Positions 36,671 through 49,450 of a DNA stretch of 64,000 bases are shown in pieces. Every line of letters begins with the position of its first letter. Positions within the stretch are counted from its first letter, which is position 1. The notes beneath the pieces are model-generated. The model did not search any database. It was not told the origin of the DNA and worked only from the letters and a program-made list of their open reading frames with translations. Source of the DNA: Octopus bimaculoides (taxonomy: Eukaryota); the NCBI RefSeq assembly GCF_001194135.2, contig NC_068990.1:36149353-36213352 (forward strand), given 5' to 3'. The position numbers and the translations under genes were made by a program.

Positions 36671-37089
36671 AAAATGCTATTACATGAGAAAACCTGTGGA
36701 TGATCCTTGCAATTAATTCTTGATTATTTATTATTATGGAAAATAAATACTACCTGTAAAAGAAAACAATGTTCAGCATGTATCTCCTCAGCTCGGTTTT
36801 AAAATTATTGTCCAAGCCAGGTCTCATTACTGTGTGTAACAGAATTGGAATTAGTATTTTAATTCAACCACAGAATGATAATTTCCAAATAATATAAAGG
36901 TTATAGGCTGTTATCTAGGCTAATTGGCACTATCACATTCAAAATAACAAAATTATTTTGACTGTAGGAAACTGTGCTGAGATGGTTTATATGACTGAGG
37001 GATAAAATCAGTAACAAAAATACTGCTTTTAATTCACTGCTTTTTAAACCCACTTTTGTAGTCATAGTTTCGACACAATGAAGCATTAG

Positions 37090-37422
37090 TCGGAGACCCC
37101 CTTTGGTCATGACTGACTATGGGATTGCACCTAGAAAGTTACCCTCCAAGGCACAAGTCCGGGCTAGGTTGTTTATGGAAGACTAACAGTCACCCATGCA
37201 TACCAGCCTCCCCTCTCCACGCCGCTGATGTTATCCAAGGGAAAGGCCGATATAGCTTGGCATCAGTGACATCGCAACTCATTTCTACAGCTGAGTGAAC
37301 TGGAGCAACATGAAATAAAGTGTCTTGCTCAAGAACACAACATGCAGCCCGGTCTGGGATTCGAACTCACAACCTCACTGTCGTAAGATCGACGCTCTAA
37401 CCACTGAGCCATGTGCCTTCAT
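37090..37422 (-). mobile_element. SINE family D
   Basis: Reverse-strand tRNA-like head (tggctcagtggttagagcgtcg...gagttcgaatccc) and core tcttgagcaagacacttt..ttgctccagttcactcagctgtagaaatgagt. Confidence 0.85.
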
Positions 37423-37829
37423 GAAACATTTGTACACACACACAAACATAGAAAGGCAGGCACATACTTTAAGTAAACAGCATCCCACCCTTATAACCGT
37501 ATCATGCTGAAGGCTCTAGATCTCATGAAAGTACCAAAGTTAAGGCACTAATGAACCTGGTTAGTACTTAGAAGGGTACAACTTTAGGAAACCAGTCTGC
37601 TGTATTCTCTTCAAAAGGTAGCAAAGAAGGAATATCTTACTCCAATTACATCCTATCATCTTTAAAATTGAAACAACACATGGAATAATGTAGTCCTAGG
37701 TGTACTGTGTCTCAGAAAAAAAAAAATAGATGAGTGTGATCATGGTTGGAACATTTAAGATTACAAATCATCTACATAAAGAGTTCATTTGGTGGAGGAA
37801 GTGGGGTGTGTGACTAACATACAACACCA

Positions 37830-38275
37830 ATATCATCATTATCGTTTAATATCCGCTTTCCATGCTGGCATGGGTTGGGCGGTTTGACTGAGGACTGGCA
37901 AGCCAGGAGGCTGCACCAGGTTCCAATCTGTTTTGGCAAGGTTTCCACAGCTAGATGCCCTTCCTAACACCAACCACTGTGAGTGTAGTGGGTGCTTTTT
38001 CTGTGCCACCGACATGGGAACCAGTCAAGCGGCACTGGCATCAACCACCTTCGAATGATGCTTTTTACATGCCACCAGCACGGGAATCAGTCAGGTGGCA
38101 CTGGCATCGACCATGCTCGAATGGTGCTTTTTATGTGTCACCAGCACTGGCATCAACAACGTTTGAATGGTGCTTTTTACATGTCACCGCCATCGGTCAT
38201 GCTTGAATGGTGCTTTCTACATGCCACTGGCACGGGTGCCAGTTAGGAGGCGGCATTGGCATTGGCCACACTCGA
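37830..38275 (-). mobile_element. RTE 3' UTR with internal tandem repeats of a roughly 35-65 bp unit
   Basis: Repeated gaatggtgcttttt..atgtgccaccagcac...ggcactggcatc units. Confidence 0.75.
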
Positions 38276-38401
38276 CAACAATAATATGACTACTGCCAAT
38301 AAAAAAAAATCCTAACATTGGATATACAGATGTAAAAAGAGGGGAGGGAGGACTTCTCTCATTCATGTGACTTTTAACAATGTACAGTGTCTGCAACTTA
38401 C

Positions 38402-38465
38402 CAGTTCTACCTCAGCTGTTGGTTTACATACAACACTGCTTGTCTTGCTAACATCAGCTAATACT
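38402..38465 (-). CDS. Internal coding exon (64 nt) of the CAAP1-like gene
   Basis: Acceptor ttatctatgtttcag and canonical donor CTG|GTAAGT. Open frame (R)VLADVSKTSSVVCKPTAEVEL. Phase 2 in and phase 0 out fit both the 55605 exon and the 25262 terminal exon. Confidence 0.7.
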
Positions 38466-40589
38466 CTGAAACATAGATAACATAAGGTAAGTGTCCTATC
38501 AAACTGTAGAGGGCTTCATTCTGTAGCACACAGTAAAGGTTGTTTTCCCCATTCCTCACTCATTCTCTCTTTTTCTCCAACATTTCTCTTTCTTTAGATA
38601 TATATAATCTGTTACTGTCAGTTTCACACATGCCATGTGAATAAAATCTACAACAGCCATCTCAGAATGGTACCAGTTCCATCATATACAAAGTACATTG
38701 TTTAGGGAAGTAGAGTAATTTATTAACACAATTCACTTCAGTTTGGTAAGTTTTAATGCATACAATGTAAAGGGGACAATCACTTATTTTTAGACAATAT
38801 TCTTAGTCTTAGGTATACCTCATGCACACAGATGTGTATACATAGGTACTATGTACGTGTACATAAGCAAACATACATGTGTTTGCATATAATACGTGTA
38901 TATGTGTATTGTTAAGGTATTATTTCTGTCACATTTGCTTTTCCTAACTTTCTTGCAGTTGTGTCTGTTCGTTATTGGTTTCGTTAATGATTGAGAGATA
39001 TTTTCACTTATTTTCTATGGTTTTTCTGTTTATATGTTACCACGTTGTTTGCTTAGATTTTGATATTCTTATTTAATGAATCTGAGAGAGAAATACACTT
39101 TCCTTAATAACTAGAGAGGATGCTGCATATTCTATGCTATATGGCAAAAAAAAAAAAATAAATAAATAATAATAATAATAGTAATCTGAAATCAAGGCAT
39201 AGAGATTCTTGCTAAATGGCAAAGAATCTGTCAGTAAGAGACACCAACAATTCTTTCAACAAAACAGTTTCTTTTTCTTTCTTTTTTCCTCAATCCAAAA
39301 TGATTTCAACAAGAACTTGGTAAAAATATGGTAGGAGTCAATGCAATGCCAAGAACAAGAGAAATAGAAGAATTTGCAAAAACAGTTTAGGATGAGCAAC
39401 AAAGGCATTACCAAAGAAAGGACTGGTCATAGCAACAAACCCAATATCTGAACAGCTGTTGAAAGCAATAACAACAGAAGTAATGCAATTACTGGAAAAA
39501 AGAAAAAAAGAAATGGAGGTACTAGGCCATGGTAAAATTCCAAAGTTCTGGTATATATATTTAATCAGGCCACATATGCAAACAGAGAGGTTTAATGAGC
39601 CAGAAACAACTAAGTGATGGTGGGGAAACCACCTAAAAATCCCAAACTAAAGAATACATAAATTCCATAACTATCAACCAATAATCTATCTTCCCTTAAC
39701 CTGCAAAAATTTCGACAGTAATAATACAGAATGTAAATAAACATCTGTGGGAGTGTGGGGAGAGGGATAACATGTTTCTAAAAGAGCAGAAAGGATACTG
39801 CAATGGCTCACATGGCAGTAAAGACTAATGCATGTAAAGGATAAGAGATAAAAGATAAAGGCAACTGAAATGAAAATTAATTAAGAGCACAAATAAAGTG
39901 CAAGACAAGGCAACTGAGATATGAGAGAATTACATCAAAGACGGATATAGAATTACTGAAAAATGAACGAGAGACAGTGCTCAACAAACGAAAATGAAAG
40001 ACGACGGGGTGGTGCTATGGCTATGGCCTCTAACTGGCATTATGTTGGAGAAAGGGATCTCTTAGCTTCTTGAAGCTTTACTTTGATCATCTGCTCATGG
40101 TACTGATGTTATGATATTTCCCATAATCCTAATTGCTACATATTGCGGTGCTCTAAAACACTGCAGATTCTGGAGTGTAGTGTTGTTTTTGCTACCTCTT
40201 CATCTATCCACAGTCTCCTTTGCTTCATGTGCTTTCTAAACACTTTTGGGCAGGGTACTTCAAAATGTGAAATGCACAATGCAAAACATTACACAAAATT
40301 TGTTAGTGATGTTGATAACTACAGGCAAAATTGAATATAAGGGGAAAAAAAACAAAGTGTAGGATGGTGGAAGGGTCAAGTGGGAGAGCTGTAAAATTTT
40401 AACAATCCTTTAATCCTGTTCCTCTGGAAACAACGCAACGCAACCACTAATCACACCATCGAAAGAAAATAAGGATTTTAAAATCACAATGAGTGACAGG
40501 TTAAAAATACAGAAAAGACTACAACAGAACAATAATATAAATTAAAGAGAAGACATTTTTGGTTGGCAACATCATTGTGGAATATATTT

Positions 40590-41130
40590 GTTAGATCATG
40601 AAAGAAGTAACTGGTGACACAGATGATGATGATGATGATAATGGTGGTGGTGGTGGTGATGATGAAGATGACTTTGTTGATGGTGATTTCGGAGATGTTA
40701 GTCATTATAATGATAACAATGGTACTCATGGCAGTGGCAATGAAAGCGATTATATATGGAAATGGTGGTGTAGATGGTATTGTCAACTATGTTGATTACA
40801 ACGCAGTAGGTGATGGTGATGATGACTGAGTAGGAGGAGGATAGTCTCATAGCACTGACAGTAAAATAAAGAAACTGTTATTAGTTGTGGTGGAAATGAT
40901 GATAAAGGTGATGATGATGAAGAGGATGTGGATGTGGATGCTAGCAGCAATATTGAACATAACGCTGAAGGCAATAAATGATGACGATGATGATGATGAT
41001 GATAATTGGTAACAATCTCCACATATAGTGAAAAGTCACAATAACATGAATGGTGTGATGATGAAGAAAACGATGATGATCATTATCATCATGGTGCGAG
41101 GAAGTGAACCAGTACTGACAGCAATGTGCA
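40590..41130. repeat. (GAT/GGT)n low-complexity region
   Basis: Degenerate trinucleotide tracts that generate spurious D/G/M/V-rich ORFs. Confidence 0.85.
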
Positions 41131-41350
41131 TTATAGGGATTGCAAGTGCACTAAAAGGCATGTTGAATATATCATAGTCATGCATCAATGGAATACAAAG
41201 TGACATCAATGCAGAAACGGTGAAGAGGGGAGAGGAGGGGATGGGTGTCAAAAGATGTACGGAGTCATGAAACGCAGTGCAACACAGTGGGAAGGTGGGG
41301 GATAAAGAGTGATAACTATTAGAATTTCATGAGATCCATTCCAGTATGTA

Positions 41351-41408
<58 letters not shown>

Positions 41409-42140
41409 CATCATCATTATAGGTTTAACATCAGCTTTTCCATGCTTGCATGGGTCAGACAGGACTTGGTGACCCAGACATTCTACATTCTATAGTGTAA
41501 TGCTTTTCTAGTCGCCAATACCCTCCTGCTTCTAAGCAAGATAACATTACCTCTAGTTCTTCAAACATGACCAGCTCATGATTTTCTCAGACGATTGCAG
41601 GCAAATGACACCATTTTTCTATCATTGGCGGATATGTTTACAACCAGTGAGCAGATATGAAGACAAGAAGTTCTATACACACACACCACACACACATGTG
41701 TGTGTGTATGCGTGTTGACCATGTCACCAACAGTTTTGTTTAACATTCGCAGGTGAATTCATCATTAGCCAACTGTCAATCTCCTTTCATACTTTCACAA
41801 ACTTACCTGTGCAGCCTTGTTTTTTAGCCCCTATCATCCTTTAAATCCACCTTCTAGTATGTTCCTCCAAAATACACAAGCCAATCAACCCAGAAACCTC
41901 ACTGAGCCCAAGGACCATATCTTGCAAGTTACTCGGTGACCTCACTAGTGCCAGCGAATGAAAAAAGCACTCAGAATCCTCTGTAAAGTGGTTGGTATTA
42001 GGAAGAGCATTCAGCTGAAGAAACCATGCCAAAGCAGACTTTGGAACCCAACACAACCTTCACATATCATCCTGACTATGCCAGTATGGAACATGGAAAT
42101 TAAATGATGATGATATCTGAGACACACAAACACAGATATA

Positions 42141-42979
42141 CGAGGTCTGATGAATAAGTATCTGGACTGTTGCTATAGTAACAAAGCTAAAGCATGCAGA
42201 AAGACTGACCTTGAACTCTGCTGTGCACGACGTTCTAGCTCGCTTCTGTTGTTTACAGCAGTGCTTGGAAGGAAGGTGTGTAGCATGTGATCATCGCATT
42301 GACCATGACAGAGAAAGTTGTCAAGGTGTGATACCTGCTCAGAGGCCTACGCAAGGTTGCAGAAAGTCTATGGAGTGGAGTGTATGAGCTGCACACAAGT
42401 GTATGAGTGGTTCAGATATTTCCAAGATGGCCAAAAAATGTCAATATTGACAAACATTCTGGGAGACCTACAACCAGCAGAATTGAGAAAAACATCGCAG
42501 ATGTATGTGCAGCTGTGAGAGGAAATCGTCGAATCACCATCCGTGAGTTATTAGAGGATGTGCAGGTTAGTTACAGTTCAGTTCAGTCTATTATCACTGA
42601 AGATTTGGGTATGAGACGTGTGTCTGCTAAGTTTTTGGCAAAAAGACACTCGGGTTTCAGTTGCACAAGATCTTCTAGACTGACCGTGTCTAAAATGATG
42701 AAAACTTTTTGTATGCTTCTGAGCAGGTATCACAAAGCTTTTAGCAAAATTTGATGCAGATTCTCTACTTAACTTTCTTTGTCATGGTCAATGCGACGAT
42801 CACATGCTACACACCTTCCTTCCAAGAACTGCTGTAAACAGCAGAAGTGAGCTAGAATGTTAATACTTAGTGCACATGCACAGCAGAGTTCAAGGTCAAT
42901 CTGTGCCAAGTGGCTTTACTCTGCATGCTTTAGGTTCGTTACTATGGAAACAGTCCGGATACTTATTGATCAGGCCACA
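42141..42979. mobile_element. Mariner-derived element made of two inverted 5' ends
   Basis: TA|cgaggtctgatgaataagtatctggactg ... cagtccggatacttattgatcaggccaca|TA. The inverted arms include the 5' UTR and the MTEKV start. Internal mariner N-terminus: VYEWFRYF, SGRPTTSR, NRRITIREL, ITEDLGMRRVSAKF. Confidence 0.9.
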
Positions 42980-43289
42980 TACATACATACATACCATCAT
43001 CATCACTTTTACCTTCACATTTTTTTTTCATGCCAGTACATGTTGGAGGAGATTTATTAAGGCAGTATTAATTATATGGCCGGATGCCCTTCCTGCCACC
43101 AAACCTTCATNNNNNNNNNNTTCATCCCACTGATTTCACACATGTTAAAATCATCAAACTACAGGACATATTGTTACAGAAGATGTCAAGATATCAACAT
43201 CATTGCTCAAGCAGATGCAGGAGTAAACACGCCTGAATGCACATGCATATGCACACACACACACAAACACACACACTTTCAAATAATGG

Positions 43290-43470
43290 TCTCAAATTTT
43301 AGTACAAAGCCAGCAGATTTCGGGGGAGAGGCTAAGTCAATTACAGTGAATCTCAGGATGAAAGTTAAAGTTGACCTCACTGGAATTTGAACTCAGAATG
43401 TAAAGACAGCCTAAATGCTGCTAAGCATCATGCCTGGCATGCTAACGAATCTGCCAGCTTGCTGCCTTAT
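43290..43470 (-). mobile_element. SINE family B, decayed
   Basis: gttgacctcactggaatttgaactcagaatgtaaag...ctgccagcttgctgcc. Confidence 0.75.
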
Positions 43471-43899
43471 TAATGCAAAAAAGGTTTCTGGGTTAGATAA
43501 TTTTGATCGATCTTTCAAACATAGGTCTTTTCAAAGGGAATGGTGAGGTAAAGGCCAGTGGTAGTGGATGAAGAGCTAAGGACAGTGGCTGGTGTGAGAA
43601 GCTGACAAAGCAAGTGGAACATGGTAGGAGTCAGAGAGAGATATGGCTACTACTGTAGTTAAGACCCAGATTATCTCCAATCAAGTGGACATACAGACAT
43701 GTCAATAGACATGCCAGCAATGTCCATAACATCAATATTATTTTCTTTGATATATTAACTCTCTAAGAATAATAAGATCATATTTTCAAAGAGTATCAAG
43801 ATATGATTTGATGGTGATTTGGCTTCAATGTTTAGCAAATCAAGTAATCAAATAGAGGTGGTTGGCATCAGGGCAGTAGTGAAAGATGGCTGGCAGTGT

Positions 43900-44137
43900 A
43901 GTGTGAGTTAGGATTCAGATTTGACAGATTACTCTGTCAAATGTAATGCTTATTTATTTACATTATTTTGAATTATTCATGTGTAATCTTTTAGCTTTGA
44001 GATTTCAAAGATGGGATTGTTTATTTTTTAGAATGACACTGCAGGGTAGGTTTGAGAGGTCAGATCTGGCTGGTTAGAATATAAAACAGGTAGAGTATTT
44101 GGGTATGATATGGTTGGTTTAAATGCTAATGGGTTAA
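43900..44137. mobile_element. piggyBac-type MITE (5' end degraded)
   Basis: Alignable to 47026-47246; ends aatgggTTAA. Confidence 0.7.
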
Positions 44138-44405
44138 GTTGTGAGAGGAGCACAGACACAATTATAGAGATATAAAAGGGAACCACCAAGAAGTGACAAA
44201 AACACACAAAATGTGGGGTAGGATGGAAAATGGCTCAAGTGTTGGTAGGCAAATGCTGAGAATTTGAGTTGAAATATAGAACATGACACTCTTAATTAGC
44301 ATTTCTTTAATTAAAGCCCTTATAAATTTCTTAGGAGTTACAAAAGGCAGCTTTTAAGAAGTTGGAGCTTGAGTCTTGATTTTTATGTGAGAGACAGAAA
44401 AGGGG

Positions 44406-44436
<31 letters not shown>

Positions 44437-46281
44437 GAAGAGGAGAGAGTATGACAAAGACAGAGTGAGAAAGGGAGGGAGAGAGATAGTGACATGGAGA
44501 GAGACAAGGGGAGATATAGTGAGAGAGAGACAGAGTAAGAGAGGGAAGGGGAAAGATAGTGACAGAGAGAGAGGGTGAGAGAGTAAGAGATAGATAGATA
44601 GATAGATAGATAGAGTATGTGTGTGTTCCTCCTGGATAGGACAGCAGTCTGCAGCAGATAAGACTCCCGGAAGATCTAATATCTATTCCGGACAGCTCGG
44701 TGAAGTGAGGCGTAGGGAACAGAGTCCTCTGAGAAAGTTACATTACTTTCTGCTTGCTTTCAGTCAACCAAGCAGAATAGAATGCTGCTACTTTTAACTT
44801 AACGGTTGAGTGGTTAACTATAGAAAGAATCATCCTCCTGTTGAAAAAGAACAAAGCAAACCAAAATAGAATAAAACAAAAAGAAAAATACTGTCCAAAT
44901 TTGGCAAAATCATTTCTATATGGCTATTGATGTAAAATATAAGACAATGACAAAGATATATTTCGCTAGCGAGATGTAATATTGGAAACTAGAAATTATG
45001 GTAAGGAGACAAAGAGCTCCCAAGATCAGCAGAGCAACTTCGGATAGAATTACAGAGCATAAACTTTACAGCAGGATGCACTTCATAGACTTGGCCATTC
45101 TATAGTGTATGTAAGGAAGAATTGTGCTTGTGTGTGTCTGTACTGTGAGTTATAAGTTAATGCATATTAACTTATACACACACACTGCTCTCACAGCATG
45201 CACAGACATACACATATATAGATTACCACCTGTGAGACAGTATATTATATAATGTATAATGCTAGTTGTGTTAAATTATATGTGAATAGCTAAGCTATAC
45301 ATACATACACACACACACATATATATATATATATTCTTTGTGATTAACTCCAAACGTTACAGTACAGACAGAAAGCTTTCAGTTTGTGCCATTGATCTAG
45401 TTCAATGTACAAAACTGGCAACATAGACATCACATATGTGGTGTGTGTGTGTGTGTGTGTGTGTGTGCATGTATTATATAATATATCTTATCATCATCAC
45501 CATTATCATGATTCAATGCCCATATTCCATGTTGGCATGAGTTGAACAGTTTGACTAGTGCCAATAGGTCCAAAGCCTGCATCCTGTTCCAGTGTCTGCT
45601 TTGGTATGGTTTCTACTGTTAGATGCCCTTCCTAATACTGACCACTTCACAGTTTTACTGGGTGCTTTTTCCATGGTACCAGCATTGATGAAGTCACCAT
45701 GCTGCCTGCAAGATTGAGTTCCCTTCAAATCAGTGGAGTTACAGTAGAGATTGAAGAGGTTATATGCTATTGGATGAAGGATTAAAGTGAGCAAAAAAGG
45801 GCCAGAACAGAAAAGTCTCTTACTGTAAGGGGGGGAGCTATACAGCTATTCACATTATAAAGGGAATGGTGAGAGTGGTCAGAATAAAACTGGGGAGAAA
45901 TAGTAGTAAGGTGTAAGGGTAGACCCTCAAAATATGAGGTGAGTTGAAGTGAGTGTGGACAGAACATGAAATGTGTGTGTGTGTGTGTGGGGGGGTAGAC
46001 TGCAAGAGTGTATGGGAGAGTGAGAGATGGTTTTTCTAAAAATTTAATTGCAAAGTCTTCGATAATATTGTTAAAATTAATTTTACATAAAACCTCTGCT
46101 TCTATACTTAGTAGAGATAAGGCATCCCAAATATTATCTTAGCAAATTTAAAGTGATTTCTTTTGTGCTGTAAACCATTTACCATTTCTGTGGTGCCCCC
46201 TCCTTCCATTGATGCCCTAAGCATGTGCTTATTTTGCTTAATGGTTAATCTAGTGCTGCCTCTCACTCATTCCCTCTCTCT

Positions 46282-46829
46282 AACCACATTTAAGAGCAAT
46301 TTCAAAGGGAATGAAAAGTAAAAACTTTTACCTTGTTATTTTTTATGGTTAGACCTAGGTTTCGAATCTCTTTAGCAAATAAAATAATTTGCTAGGGGAA
46401 TCCTCATCAGTAACCGTGCCATAACAATTAACATATAATTTAGAGACAAATAACACGTGTCTCATCATTATATGTTATAATTTTTCAAATTCACCAGGCA
46501 AGTGCAGTTTCAGTCGGCAGTGAATGAGAAAATGCCAAACTGATTTTCGAAATGCTAAAATCATGTACGTAAAATATACAGGGTAGCAAATATTTTTATG
46601 AATTTCACTACCAGTGGCCTAACATGCATGAAAAGTCAATAGACAATATATTCTCAATATTAAATAGTGTACATTTAAACACAAGAGAAACTACCTATTA
46701 CAGGTAATTTTACACACTAGAAGAAGCAGTCAAAATGACCAAAACCACATTTAAGAGCAATTTCAAAGGGAATGAAAAATAAAAACTTTTACCTTGTTAT
46801 TTTTTTATGGTTAGGCCTAGGTTTCAAAT
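46282..46829 (+). repeat. Pair of about 86-bp direct repeats (46282-46367, 46743-46829)
   Basis: aaccacatttaagagcaatttcaaagggaatgaaaa...ggttag.cctaggtttc.aat present twice, about 375 bp apart. Confidence 0.9.
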
Positions 46830-47025
46830 ATATATATATATATATACTGAACCCATGCGCTCATTATATATATTTCATAGTACCCTTACACTCTATATAC
46901 CTACATCAAAGTAAAGTTAAATGCATTATATAAAGTCTTGGGGCACATGCATGGTTTTTCTAGTTAAGAACTGCACTTCATGATGAGATGATTCTGAGTT
47001 CAAATCTGCAGCAGAGAAACTTTAA

Positions 47026-47246
47026 CCCTCTAACATTCCGATTATTTTATCAAATATAATTCTTATTTATTCAGACTGCTTTGAATTAATCCTGCATTAT
47101 CTCGTAGGTTCAAGACTTCGATGATGTGATTGTTTATTTTTAGAAGAACATTACAGGGCTGGTATAAGGAGGCTGACTCTAGCTGGTTTGATTATGGAAC
47201 AGGTAGTGTATTTGGACCACATATATCCAGTTTAAATGATAAAGGG
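47026..47246. mobile_element. piggyBac-type MITE
   Basis: TTAA|ccctctaacatt ... aatgataaaggg|TTAA. Confidence 0.85.
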
Positions 47247-48769
47247 TTAAGGAAGTGCCTTCTACCACAAATCAGGTTCATGAAGATTGAAGGTGAAATT
47301 AGCAAATATACACCCACACACTTATGTACAATGACAGGCACTTTTATTTTGCCATTATCAGTTCCAGCATGAGAGCTCCATTCCATATTTTCTAACATAG
47401 CCACTGTTCCATTGTTAGAAAATATGGAATGTTTCACAAATTTGCATGTCCTCCTTGCAAAGAAGTCATGCTAATCTTCTTTGTATCACTCCAATTTTAG
47501 TTAATATATGTACAGCCAAAACAAGTACCCAAAACATGCAGAAGCTTGCACAGATGCACACATACACATAATGCAGACATGTATATGAAACTGAGAGACA
47601 GAGAGAAAAACAGAGAAGTCAGAGAGAAAGTAAGGGATGGATCAGAGACAAGTGAGAGGGAGAGATGGAAAAAAGTGGAATGAGAGAGAGAGAGAGAGAG
47701 AGAGAGGAGGAGGGGAGAGATTATAGAAATATTCTCCATAGCAACAGGAAATGGTTTGCTTTTCTTCACAGTTTACATTCTGAAAGGTTTCAGAATTTTA
47801 ATTGTTTCTCTTTTGACTGTTTTGTGTATTTTGTTCCGCCAATTCTTCAATCACAGCTTCCTGATGAAACCAAAAACTACAAAGAAATTCTATGAAACAA
47901 CTGATGGCAGGCAAACGAAGTCTTTCTTTCTTTTCTGTTTTCTTTGCATCTTAAAGAACCGTGACACTCTCTTTAGTCATTGTTGTTGTTGTTGATGTTG
48001 TTGTTACAAAAGAGGTGGTTCTTGGATGTTTTCATAATATTTCTAATCATGTAGCTGACAACAAAGAAACATACAACAAGAACCACCATTTAACCAAGAA
48101 CCAGGTTCCTTGACTGTGTTCACTTAAAATCATAAACACACTTTCTCAAGAGAGTAGGCTTTGTTTTTTTCTAAATTTATTTCATTTTTGCTTTTATTCC
48201 ACATCTTGGAACTGGCAGGTTCTACTATCTGTACTGCTTTTGTATTTTCCTTCATTTACCATTTTCTTTCTTTCTGTTTTGTTTCATTGTTTCGTCATTT
48301 TTTGATAAATTTTTGTTAAATATGCTGTTCTATGTTATGATATTTTTCATGCTTACCACCTGCCTTCAGAGAAATAAGGAGACTTAAATAGGAGTTTCGT
48401 TTGGTAAAATTTTAATACTTAGATAAACTCTGAAATTTGTCAATATACAAATGAAAGGAAAGTAACTCAGTAATTTAGAAATAAATTAGGCCCCCTTACA
48501 TTATATTCAACACAACAGGAAACTAACATCATCATCATGGGTTGGACAGATTTTCATCATACAAGTCAGTTCATATTTGGAGTTACTCTCATCCAACAAG
48601 GTCAGTAACTGCATCTTGCTTGCACATTCCATTTTTCACTGAGTGTCTATGGCTGGATAGCCTTCTTAACACTAAACAACTTCCAAAATGTACCAAGTAC
48701 ATTTCTTTATTTCTCGAAACAGTTATCGTGTTTCCAGAAACACTGAAGAGTTCTCTCTTCCCTATACTG

Positions 48770-49102
48770 CATAGTATACTTAAAATCAGATGGCCCGAAC
48801 ACATAAGCAATATGGAGCTATGGCAAAGAACGAATCAAGTTTCGATTAGGGAGCAAATATTTAAGAAAAAGTGGATTAGTCGCACAATTAGAAAGGACAC
48901 ACCAAATGTAGCGAAACGTGCTTTACAGTGGAATCCGGATGGATATAGAAAGAGGGGTAGGCCTAAGAACTCGTGGCGTAGATCAACACAAAAGGAACTA
49001 GAGAAAGGGGGACATTCATGGCAGAGTATAAGTACAGAAGCGAAAAATTATGTGACATGGAATTCAATTATAAGTGGCCTATATTCCGAGTTGGAGGGTT
49101 AA
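48770..49102 (+). mobile_element. RTE LINE 3' ORF fragment
   Basis: ILKIRWPEHISNMELWQRT...ALQWNPDGYRKRGRPKNSWRRST. Confidence 0.85.
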
Positions 49103-49194
49103 AGGCAAGAAAAAATATGCTGTGTCAGTCCATATCAACGTGAACCAACAAGGTGAATAGAAGAAAGAGTAATGAAGGTGACAACTAGTGTAAA

Positions 49195-49450
49195 GGTAAG
49201 GTAAAGTTACCTTCTCGAGTTATACCAACTTGTAAGGGCTGGTTTCCTGGTTTCCATGGCATTTATATTCCCCACCTGGATGAGACATTGGTCCATTGCA
49301 AGATTACTCATTCTTGCCAGCTGAGTGGACTGGAGCAATGTAAAATGAAGTGTTTTGCTCAAGAACTCAATGCATTCCCCAGTCCAGGAATCAAAACCAC
49401 AATCTTATGATCATGAGGGCAACACCCTAACCACTAAGCCACACACCACC
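49195..49450 (-). mobile_element. SINE family D-like
   Basis: agctgagtggactggagcaatgtaaaatgaagtgttttgctcaag...caccctaaccactaagcc. Confidence 0.75.

Noticed and set aside
47760-48055. Minus-strand exon candidate after a gttgtcag acceptor
   Set aside because: All frames terminate within about 30 codons and no compatible donor was found.
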